Positions 1 through 7,116 of a stretch of 18,817 bases of DNA are shown here, piece after piece; position 1 is the first letter of the stretch, and every line of letters begins with the position of its first letter. The position numbers and the translations under genes were made by a program. The notes under the pieces were generated by a model. That model made no database searches and was not told the DNA's origin. It was given only the letters and a program-made list of their open reading frames with translations. Source of the DNA: Elusimicrobiota bacterium (lineage in GTDB: Bacteria > CG03 > SLGR01 > JAGXOG01). The stretch covers positions 1 to 18,817 of the forward strand of contig JBNJDT010000026.1 in NCBI GenBank assembly GCA_051745145.1, read 5' to 3'.

Positions 1-2
1 GC

Positions 3-20
3 CATTGTCTAAAACCTCCT
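3..20 (-). promoter_or_regulatory. Ribosome binding site (AGGAGG, 15-20) and ATG (3-5) of a downstream gene that runs off the left edge
   Basis: Minus strand reads TTTTAGGAGGTTTTAGACAATGGC. AGGAGG overlaps the TAG stop of the hemC ORF and lies 9 nt before an ATG. Confidence 0.6.
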
Positions 21-606
21 AAAAAATTCCTAACGCCACAAACAAGTATCTAAAAACCCCCCCTATAAACAGGGCAAAGGGGAAAATAAAAGCGATTATG
101 GCTATAACTATGGCGTCTAAATTTTTGCTATCATCAAGCAGCTTAAGTCTTTGATGAATATTTCCCCGGATATCCGTTATTTTAAAATCGGGTCTAAAAT
201 TTTTAAGACCCTGTTTTCGCCTCTTACTGGAAGTTCCTATGATAGCTCCTTCGGCTAACTGGTCTAAATTTAAATTTCCTCTGGAAACTAATACGTCGTC
301 GGGATCTATAGAATCGGTTATAAAAGGTATCTCCAGACGGGAAGAAAACTCCCGGGGCAAATCCTTGGCGCTGTGCTGGGCTATATCTACTTTTCCCTCG
401 GCCAGGGCCCGCTCTACGCTGTCGGTAAAAAAATCGGTTCCCTCTACCCGGTCAATGGGAGTTTTTCTATCCCTGTCCCCGGTAGTATCTATCCCCACCG
501 GTTCCAATTTAACGCCGGGAAAATGAGCATTAATTTTTTTCTCCAGTTCTTCAACCTGTTTTAAGGCTAAAGGACTTTTTCTGGTTCCCGTCTTAAGTAT
601 TTCCAT
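19..606 (-). pseudogene. hemC: Hydroxymethylbilane synthase (porphobilinogen deaminase), C-terminally truncated and fused to an unrelated 26-aa hydrophobic tail
   Basis: HemC motifs GTRKSPLAL, TTGDRD, HSAKDLP (catalytic Asp), GTSSKRR, IRGNI and LDAIVIA are present. The expected AAGLxRL continuation and the domain carrying the cofactor-binding Cys are absent in all three minus-strand frames. Family identity is secure; pseudogene status is inferred. Confidence 0.7.
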
Positions 607-1589
607 TTTTCTTTTGCCTTTATTTTTATCATCTCTATAGCCTCTTTGGCCTTCTTTTGCCTGTTTTTATAATTCTTCCGGGATACCCCTTTTAAATCAT
701 CCAGATCATATACAATAATACTTTCCATATTTTTTACTCTATCATCTACATCCCGAGGTACGGCCAGATCCATTATAAGCAGCGGATTTTTCGAACCCTT
801 TTTTTCCGCGTGTCCAAAGCTCGACGGCTTTATAATTGGATGCGGACTTGAAGTAGTAGATATTATTATTCCTGATTTTTCCAGACTTTTCTCAAAATTA
901 GAGAAATTTACCGCTTTACCATCAACCTTCCGGGCCAAATCTCTGGCTTTATCGTAATGCCTGTTGGATACCAGGATTAACTCCGGTTTATCCTTATCTA
1001 TGTAATTTAAAACCAGGCGGCTCAGCTTTCCGGCCCCAATAATGAGGATGTTTTCCCCCTTGACGCTTCCTACAGTTTGCCTTATAAAATCCACGGCCAG
1101 TGAACCTATAGAAACTTTTCCCCGGGAAATTTTCATCCGGTCCCTGACTTTGCGGGCGATAGAATCCCCGGCCTTAAATATTTGTCCTAAATTTTTGCCG
1201 GCGGTCCCCGCCCGGCTACTCTCCTTTAAAGCCTCCCGGACCTGGCCTATAATCTGGGTCTCCCCGGGAACCTGGGAATCGGCACCGGCCATAACTTTTA
1301 TTAGATGTTCGAAAGCTTTCCTGCCGGAAAAAGTATATAAATACGGTTTAAGATTTTTCTGCCTGGTTAATAAAAATTCGCTGGCCGCCCGGGGCGGCAC
1401 GTCGGATTCTTTACCCGTAAGATATATTTCAGTTCGGTTGCAAGTGGAGACAATAACGCTTTCTGAGATTTCATCCACCCGGGAAATTTCTTCCAGGCCT
1501 TTACCCAGGCTTTTACCCGAAAAAGAAATCTTCTCCCGTATTTCCAAAGGGCAATGACGGAAATTTGTTCCTATAACATAAAATTCCAT
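567..1589 (-). CDS. hemA: Glutamyl-tRNA reductase, short 340-aa form
   Basis: STCNRTEIY (catalytic Cys), DSQVPGETQIIGQV, Rossmann IIGAGK, DLAVPRDVD. Directly upstream of hemC with a 40-nt overlap. Confidence 0.95.
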   Translation of the reverse strand: MEFYVIGTNFRHCPLEIREKISFSGKSLGKGLEEISRVDEISESVIVSTCNRTEIYLTGKESDVPPRAASEFLLTRQKNLKPYLYTFSGRKAFEHLIKVMAGADSQVPGETQIIGQVREALKESSRAGTAGKNLGQIFKAGDSIARKVRDRMKISRGKVSIGSLAVDFIRQTVGSVKGENILIIGAGKLSRLVLNYIDKDKPELILVSNRHYDKARDLARKVDGKAVNFSNFEKSLEKSGIIISTTSSPHPIIKPSSFGHAEKKGSKNPLLIMDLAVPRDVDDRVKNMESIIVYDLDDLKGVSRKNYKNRQKKAKEAIEMIKIKAKEKWKYLRREPEKVL

Positions 1590-2246
1590 TTAAATGCCGC
1601 TCCCTTTTTCAAAAATATGCAACCCGCATTCTTTGCTCTGTTTAGGGCCCTTGCATATATCGTGATAGAACAAATTCGTATCCAGATTATTTCTCATTAT
1701 GTACTCCTGGACTTTCCTTTTTCCCCAATCCAGAATCGGGTATATTCTGTAAATTTCTCGTTCCTTATCATACATTACATGACTGAAATTTTTTCTCCGG
1801 CCGCTCTCTTCCCTCCTGGCTCCGGAAATCCAGGCTCGGGTCTCTAAAATTTTTAAGGCCCGGTTTAAAGGCCTCACTTTATTCTCATTTTTAAAATCTA
1901 TGAACTCCTCGCCTCCTTTTTTCCATCTTTTTCCTTCTACGGATTCCTGCATTTTCCGGGACCGTCCGGCAGAAAATACTCTTAAATTTAAATTCATTTT
2001 CCGGGATATTTTGTCAATAAAAAGATAATTTTTCCTTGGGTAATATCCCGTATCTATAAAAATCACCTTTATACCGGGAATAATCCGGGTAACTTTATGG
2101 AGTAAAGCGGTTGAATACCTGCCGAAACTGGAAGTCATAATCAAAGACTCCCCGAATTCTTCCTTAACCCGCCTTAAAATTTCATCCGGTTTTTTGCTCT
2201 CAAATTTTTTCTTCAACTTCTGAGTTTTAAAGTTAGTTTTTCTCAT
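1590..2246 (-). CDS. cysH: PAPS/APS reductase family protein, type lacking an FeS cluster
   Basis: TSSFG, FIDTGY, NKVRPLNRAL, WISGARREES, IYPILDW and C-terminal ECGLH. Start set at ATG 2246, just after the upstream stop at 2252-2254, rather than 2294, which overlaps the upstream gene. Confidence 0.9.
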   Translation of the reverse strand: MRKTNFKTQKLKKKFESKKPDEILRRVKEEFGESLIMTSSFGRYSTALLHKVTRIIPGIKVIFIDTGYYPRKNYLFIDKISRKMNLNLRVFSAGRSRKMQESVEGKRWKKGGEEFIDFKNENKVRPLNRALKILETRAWISGARREESGRRKNFSHVMYDKEREIYRIYPILDWGKRKVQEYIMRNNLDTNLFYHDICKGPKQSKECGLHIFEKGSGI

Positions 2247-2251
2247 TTTTT

Positions 2252-2560
2252 TTAATCTATCCGCTCTATAAACACTTTTATCCTCCCCCCGCACTTAGAC
2301 CTGCCGCTGTCCAGGTTTAACTCCAGAGTCCGGCTCTTTCCGTCTTCTAAAACTTTCCCGGATATAGCCCTGCACCCTTCTTCCACACACCCACCGCCCA
2401 CCGTGCCAAAACTTTTCCCGTTTTCCTCTATGAGAAGTTTAAACCCGCTCTTTCCCGGCGCCGAACCGGTAACCGAGACAACCGTAGCCAGCACGCATCT
2501 TTTGTCTTTACTTAAAATTTTTTTTATTTTCTTAAAAATTTTTATATTTTTTGGTTTCAT
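2252..2560 (-). CDS. Stand-alone XdhC/CoxI family N-terminal domain protein (~102 aa)
   Basis: LATVVSVTGSAPGKSGFKLLI, GTVGGGCVE and CGGRIKVFIERI match the XdhC/CoxI N-terminal domain. ATG at 2560 preferred to the non-ATG start at 2578. Confidence 0.8.
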   Translation of the reverse strand: MKPKNIKIFKKIKKILSKDKRCVLATVVSVTGSAPGKSGFKLLIEENGKSFGTVGGGCVEEGCRAISGKVLEDGKSRTLELNLDSGRSKCGGRIKVFIERID

Positions 2561-2626
2561 AATATTGAACGACCGCACAAAATCTTTGAAAATTTATTAT
2601 CTTTTTATAGGTCTATATATGATTAA

Positions 2627-2644
2627 TTTACTTATATTTAAAAA
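2627..2644. promoter_or_regulatory. Putative operator element TTTACTTATATTTAAAAA, copy upstream of the xdhC-cysH-hemA-hemC unit
   Basis: Exact 18-nt match to 3641-3658 in the cysK leader. Confidence 0.5.
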
Positions 2645-2687
2645 GAAAATTTTTTTGGCCTTGAAGACCATTATTTTTACCCTCTTT

Positions 2688-3611
2688 TTATTCGTATAAA
2701 GTAGTAGTAAGGTATCTGTCCCCGAGATCGGGTAAAACTATTACTATAAGTTTATCCTTATTTTCCTTTTTCCGGGCTACTTTTATTGCCGCCTGGAGAG
2801 CCGCGCCGGAAGATATACCGGTAAAAATCCCTTCTTCTCTGGCCAGACGCCTGGTTCCTTCGGTTGCCTCTTCTCCGGAAACTTTAACAACTTCGTCAAT
2901 AATTTCCACATTTAAAATATCCGGGACAAAACCGGCTCCCAGTCCCTGTATCTTATGAGGACCCGGCGCTCCACCGGACAGTACGGGAGATCCGGACGGT
3001 TCCACGGCCACGGTTTTTAAATCCGGCTTTTTTTCCTTTAAGGCCTCCGAAACACCGGTGATAGTTCCCCCGGTTCCCACGCCGCATACAAAAATATCGA
3101 TCTCTCCATCGGTCTCCTCCCAGATCTCCACTGCCGTAGTCCGGCGGTGAATTTCGGGATTGGCCGGATTCTTAAACTGCTGGGGGATAAACGAATTTTC
3201 CCTGGCCCGGGCTTCCTGTTCGGCCTTTACTATGGCTCCTCTCATGCCTTCTTCCCCGGGGGTCAGTATTAAATCCGCGCCCAGGCCGGTAAGCAATCTT
3301 CGACGCTCCATACTCATGGTATCGGGCATAGTTAGTACCAGAGGATATCCTTTGGCCGCGCATACAAAAGCAAGCGCTATCCCCGTATTTCCGCTGGTCG
3401 GTTCGATAATAGTGGTATCTTTTGTAATCTTGCCTTTTCTTTCTCCGGCCTCGATCATGGCAATACCCACCCTGTCCTTTACGCTGCCTAAAGGATTAAA
3501 CGATTCTACCTTTCCTACTATATTCCCGGGCAACTCCCTGGATATTTTATCCAGTTTAACCACCGGCGTATTTCCCACTGTTTTAGTAATGTTTTTATAA
3601 ATTTTAGACAT
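2688..3611 (-). CDS. cysK: Cysteine synthase A (O-acetylserine sulfhydrylase)
   Basis: NPLGSVKDR (PLP Lys), [61 protein letters not shown] upstream. Confidence 0.97.
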   Translation of the reverse strand: MSKIYKNITKTVGNTPVVKLDKISRELPGNIVGKVESFNPLGSVKDRVGIAMIEAGERKGKITKDTTIIEPTSGNTGIALAFVCAAKGYPLVLTMPDTMSMERRRLLTGLGADLILTPGEEGMRGAIVKAEQEARARENSFIPQQFKNPANPEIHRRTTAVEIWEETDGEIDIFVCGVGTGGTITGVSEALKEKKPDLKTVAVEPSGSPVLSGGAPGPHKIQGLGAGFVPDILNVEIIDEVVKVSGEEATEGTRRLAREEGIFTGISSGAALQAAIKVARKKENKDKLIVIVLPDLGDRYLTTTLYE

Positions 3612-3640
3612 TTTTTCTCCCTGCTTTAAAATACAATTAC

Positions 3641-3658
3641 TTTACTTATATTTAAAAA
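3641..3658. promoter_or_regulatory. Putative operator element TTTACTTATATTTAAAAA overlapping the cysK -10/+1 region
   Basis: Exact match to 2627-2644; related to 7176-7194. Confidence 0.5.
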
Positions 3659-3683
3659 TAACAAAAGATTACAATTTTGTCAA
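3655..3683 (-). promoter_or_regulatory. Sigma70-type promoter of cysK
   Basis: Minus strand TTGACA (3678-3683), 17-nt spacer ending in TGT, then TATTTT (3655-3660). Confidence 0.6.
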
Positions 3684-3702
3684 GTTTTAATATTTTAATA
3701 TT

Positions 3703-4407
3703 TTAATCCGTAATGTATTCTAACATTTTAGCGTGTCTTTTACAAAAGGCGGGTTTTTCAAGCTGGGCTCTTAGCATATCTTTTTGCCAGTGGGCATTGT
3801 AAAGCCGGCATTCTTTTTTATCGCAAAAAGTTTCCCCCAGGAAAAAATAAAATAAAGTCTGCATAATATAACCGGTAATAATATCCCTAAGACGTTTGTC
3901 GGACAGACTCTCTATGTAATTATTTTTTGTAGCTTTATTTTTTAAATTACGATCCCTGGCCGGTCCTTTAACTACCCCCCGGGTTGAAACTACCCCCGGA
4001 TAACCCATCAGAACTACTCTCACGTGGGGAGGTCCCCCTTCTATTTCGGGAGTGGCCAGCAATCTGTCGGTAAGTACCACCCGGAATTCCTTTTCCCCGG
4101 ACGGGAAAAGGTCCTGTAAGATTTCCCGGTATTTAAACCCGTGGTAAACTACCCCGTTTAAAGTTTTGGCTTTTTTCAGGAGTTTTAGTTCAATATCCAT
4201 TATATTCTCTTTTACCAGAGCGGATAATTCTTTACCCCGGTTTAAAAATCTGGCCTCAGCCAGACTGCGGGCATAATTTCTTTGGGGCGGGATTATTCTT
4301 TTTATATCCCTTATTTCGATCTTAAAGGCGGGTAAATATTTAGAAAGAGTATCTTTTAGATAATTACCCTCCAGGGAAGTACTATTTAATATACTTAGCT
4401 CTGGCAT
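3703..4407 (-). CDS. Conserved hypothetical protein, DUF6775-like putative zinc/metallopeptidase-fold protein
   Basis: TDRLLAT, PHVRVV, VVSTRGVVKGPAR and C-terminal FCDKKECRLYNAHWQ...FCKRH resemble the DUF6775 family as I recall it. No HExxH motif is visible. Confidence 0.6.
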   Translation of the reverse strand: MPELSILNSTSLEGNYLKDTLSKYLPAFKIEIRDIKRIIPPQRNYARSLAEARFLNRGKELSALVKENIMDIELKLLKKAKTLNGVVYHGFKYREILQDLFPSGEKEFRVVLTDRLLATPEIEGGPPHVRVVLMGYPGVVSTRGVVKGPARDRNLKNKATKNNYIESLSDKRLRDIITGYIMQTLFYFFLGETFCDKKECRLYNAHWQKDMLRAQLEKPAFCKRHAKMLEYITD

Positions 4408-4428
4408 ACCCCATTTTAACTGCGGAAA

Positions 4429-5214
4429 TTATTGTTCCTTTAAATCCCGGTCAATTATTCCGGCCAGTTCTCTGCCCGACTCCAGCATGGACCCGAAAGT
4501 CGGTCCCATCCGGGGTAGTCCGTAGGCTGTGGAAACAGCCATCCCGCAGGCATAAAGTCCGGGGCCGAATTTTCCGGTATGCTCAACTACCGCATCCTCG
4601 GATTCTTCCACCCACATGGCTCCAAATCCGGGAAGTTCTTCATCTTTTCTTTCCACGTATTTTTTAAGAACTTCAGCATCATGACCGGTGGCATCCACTA
4701 AAGCCTCTGTCTCCATGGCCACCGGGTCCACGCAGGTAATCTGTCTGGGCAAAGCCTCCACCGGAGTCCAGTTTATGACCGCACCCGCGGCCCGGTTCTG
4801 CCTGAATACCAGATCGTCAAAAGTAGTCATATTGGCTATCTTTACCCCGCTGTCACAGGCCGATTTTATCAGTCCCGAACAGGCATGGGGACCGTCGGTT
4901 ATAAAAAGGCCTTCTTCTCTTTGGGTATAGGGGACATCCAGCTCATCTAATATTTTTTGGGCCGGATTTCTGACCGTAACTTTGTTCATCAAATATCCCC
5001 CCAGCCAGAAGCCGCCGCCCAGATAATTATTTCGTTCTACCAGCAAAACCCGGTGCCCTTTTTCAGCCAGGTCCTTGCCGCACATAAGCCCGGACGGACC
5101 GGCACCTATTATCATACAGTCCGATTCCACATAATCCGAAAACTGGGCCGAAAATTCTTCCACTATGGCCCTGGTTACAAATTTCTCGCTTGTTTTAGAA
5201 AATTTTTCTTTCAC
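4429..5214 (-). CDS. thi4: Thi4/THI1 family thiazole synthase
   Basis: [50 protein letters not shown] start with RBS AAAGGAG. Confidence 0.93.
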   Translation of the reverse strand: MKEKFSKTSEKFVTRAIVEEFSAQFSDYVESDCMIIGAGPSGLMCGKDLAEKGHRVLLVERNNYLGGGFWLGGYLMNKVTVRNPAQKILDELDVPYTQREEGLFITDGPHACSGLIKSACDSGVKIANMTTFDDLVFRQNRAAGAVINWTPVEALPRQITCVDPVAMETEALVDATGHDAEVLKKYVERKDEELPGFGAMWVEESEDAVVEHTGKFGPGLYACGMAVSTAYGLPRMGPTFGSMLESGRELAGIIDRDLKEQ

Positions 5215-5354
5215 TTTTGTCTCCTTTGTTTTGATTGTAAATTCATATATTGTCTTTAACTATAAGTTTTTTATATTGAGAAGAGATACTATTTTAAATT
5301 TAACTTTTAGAAAAGTTTATCACTTTAAAATTAATATGTTTTACTGGGGTTAAT

Positions 5355-5600
5355 TTATTCAATTATATCGTGAGTTACCGGCTCAACATCTATATTTCTT
5401 TTCTCTAAATATTTTATAGCTTTATTTACCTCTTTTTCTTCGCCGGTAAATTCAAGGACCAGCTCTCCGGTTGTCTCCGTTACTTTAGCCCTCCTTATAT
5501 TAAAACACACCTCATACTTCCTGGATAATTTACAGATTACCGGTTCCGTTACCTGGTTTTCGGGAAATATCAAATCCAGCTGTTTCTTTATTTTACTCAT
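5355..5600 (-). CDS. Stand-alone NIL domain protein
   Basis: LIFPENQVTEPVICKLSRKYEVCFNIRRAKV...GELVLEFTG...AIKYL...IDVEP fits the NIL (MetN C-terminal-like) domain pattern. Lies 6 nt downstream of the sulfur-carrier gene. Confidence 0.8.
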   Translation of the reverse strand: MSKIKKQLDLIFPENQVTEPVICKLSRKYEVCFNIRRAKVTETTGELVLEFTGEEKEVNKAIKYLEKRNIDVEPVTHDIIE

Positions 5601-5606
5601 CTATAT

Positions 5607-5879
5607 TTAACCTCCCGCAATAGCCGGAAGAATGGAAACTTCATCTTCATCACTTACCGGCGTATTCTCGCCTTCTTCCAGCCTTATATCCTTACCGTTT
5701 ACAAAAATATTTATAAATCTCCTCAAATTTCCCTCTTCGTCCCTCAAACGCTCTTCTATATCCGGATACTTTTTCTCCAGCTCTTTTAATACTTCATCTA
5801 TGGATTTTCCGCTTATTTCCAGCGCGGACTTATTATCAGTATGTTTTCTTAAAGGCTGGGGAATTAATACTTTTGTCAT
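5607..5879 (-). CDS. MoaD/ThiS family ubiquitin-like sulfur carrier protein (CysO/SAMP1-like)
   Basis: 90 aa; LRRFINIFVNGKDIR; ends EVSILPAIAGG with a free C-terminal Gly-Gly. Starts 1 nt after the upstream stop. Confidence 0.93.
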   Translation of the reverse strand: MTKVLIPQPLRKHTDNKSALEISGKSIDEVLKELEKKYPDIEERLRDEEGNLRRFINIFVNGKDIRLEEGENTPVSDEDEVSILPAIAGG

Positions 5880-5880
5880 T

Positions 5881-7116
5881 CTATTTTCCTCCTTTTACCC
5901 ATTTACATTTTTTTTCAAATGAGTTAATAGTGGGCTTAATTTTTTCCACTTTAGCTACCGCATTTTCCACCGCTTCCTGGGTCTTTAGACCGTTTCCGGT
6001 AATGTATATAACCGTTCTTTTGTCCGGATCTATTTTTCCCTTCCGGATAAGCTTTTTTAAAACTCCTACGGTAACTCCTCCGGCGGTCTCTGTAAATATC
6101 CCTTCTTTCGCCGCCAGCAGTTTTATGCCTTCTACCACTTCGCTGTCGGTAACCGATTCGGCCGTACCCCCGCTTTTTTCTATAACTTCCTTGGCGTAGT
6201 AACCGTCGGCGGGATTTCCTATAGCCAGGGATTTGGCCACCGTTTTGGTCTTCTGGGGTTTTATAATATCGGCTTTATTTTTAACCGCCCGGGCGATGGG
6301 GTCCGCGCCCCGGGCCTGGGCCCCGTACATCTTTGTAGAGGCATCTTCTATTATGCCCAGTTTTTCAAATTCATTTAAACCCTTGTGGATTTTGGTAAGT
6401 AAAGAACCCGAAGCCATGGGCACCACTACCTGCTCGGGAGCCTCCCAGTTTAGCTGCTCGGCCACTTCAAACCCAAGAGTCTTAGACCCTTCAGCATAGT
6501 AGGGTCGCAAATTAATGTTAACAAATCCCCATCCGTAATTACCGGCTATTTCCCCGCATAATTTATTGACATCATCGTAATCACCTTTTACCCCCACCAG
6601 ATTGGGATGGTAAATTCCAGCCCCTATTATTTTACCTTTTTCCAGGTTGGCCGGGATAAACACCGTTGTCTTTAAATTTGCTCTCTTACCGTAGGCGGCC
6701 ACGCTGCAGGCCAGATTTCCGGTAGATGCGCAGGCCACGGTATCAAAGCCCAGTTCCTTAGCCCTGGATACGGCCACGGTCACCACCCTATCCTTAAAAG
6801 AAAAAGTGGGATTCACCGAATCGTTCTTAACATAAAGTTCTTTTAGCCCCAGCTCTTTCTCCAGATTTTTGGCCCGGACCAGCGGAGTCATACCCTCAAA
6901 CAGGGATACCGGCGTATCTGTTTCCACCGGCAACAACCCCTTATATCTCCACAGGGAATAAGGTTTTTCCGTTATGCTCTTTCGGGTAAACTCCTTGGAT
7001 ATCTCATCGTAGTCGTATTCCACTTCCAGAGGCCCAAAACAGTATTCACATACGTATATGGCCTTCGGTGGATATCTTCGCCCGCACTCTCTACATTTTA
7101 AGTTTTTTATTTTCAT
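5881..7116 (-). CDS. thrC: Threonine synthase-like fold-type II PLP enzyme (possible O-phosphohomoserine sulfhydrylase)
   Basis: N-terminal CRECG...CEYCF zinc ribbon, EGMTPL, NPTFSFKDR (PLP Lys), CASTGNLA, EGSKT, VPMASGSL, SLAIGNPADG, ITGNGLKT. Family secure; exact reaction inferred from context. Confidence 0.85.
   Translation of the reverse strand: MKIKNLKCRECGRRYPPKAIYVCEYCFGPLEVEYDYDEISKEFTRKSITEKPYSLWRYKGLLPVETDTPVSLFEGMTPLVRAKNLEKELGLKELYVKNDSVNPTFSFKDRVVTVAVSRAKELGFDTVACASTGNLACSVAAYGKRANLKTTVFIPANLEKGKIIGAGIYHPNLVGVKGDYDDVNKLCGEIAGNYGWGFVNINLRPYYAEGSKTLGFEVAEQLNWEAPEQVVVPMASGSLLTKIHKGLNEFEKLGIIEDASTKMYGAQARGADPIARAVKNKADIIKPQKTKTVAKSLAIGNPADGYYAKEVIEKSGGTAESVTDSEVVEGIKLLAAKEGIFTETAGGVTVGVLKKLIRKGKIDPDKRTVIYITGNGLKTQEAVENAVAKVEKIKPTINSFEKKCKWVKGGK

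Noticed and set aside
19..102. Frameshift as the explanation for the hemC truncation
   Set aside because: The two other minus-strand frames contain stops and no HemC-like continuation.
2656..2670. Hairpin UGGUCU-UCA-AGGCCA after cysK as an intrinsic terminator
   Set aside because: The stem is short with a G-U pair and is followed by an A-run rather than a U-tract on the coding strand.
5607..5879. Sulfur carrier as ThiS or MoaD proper
   Set aside because: No thiG/thiF or moaE in the window, Thi4 does not use ThiS, and the 90-aa sequence is tightly coupled to the PLP enzyme.
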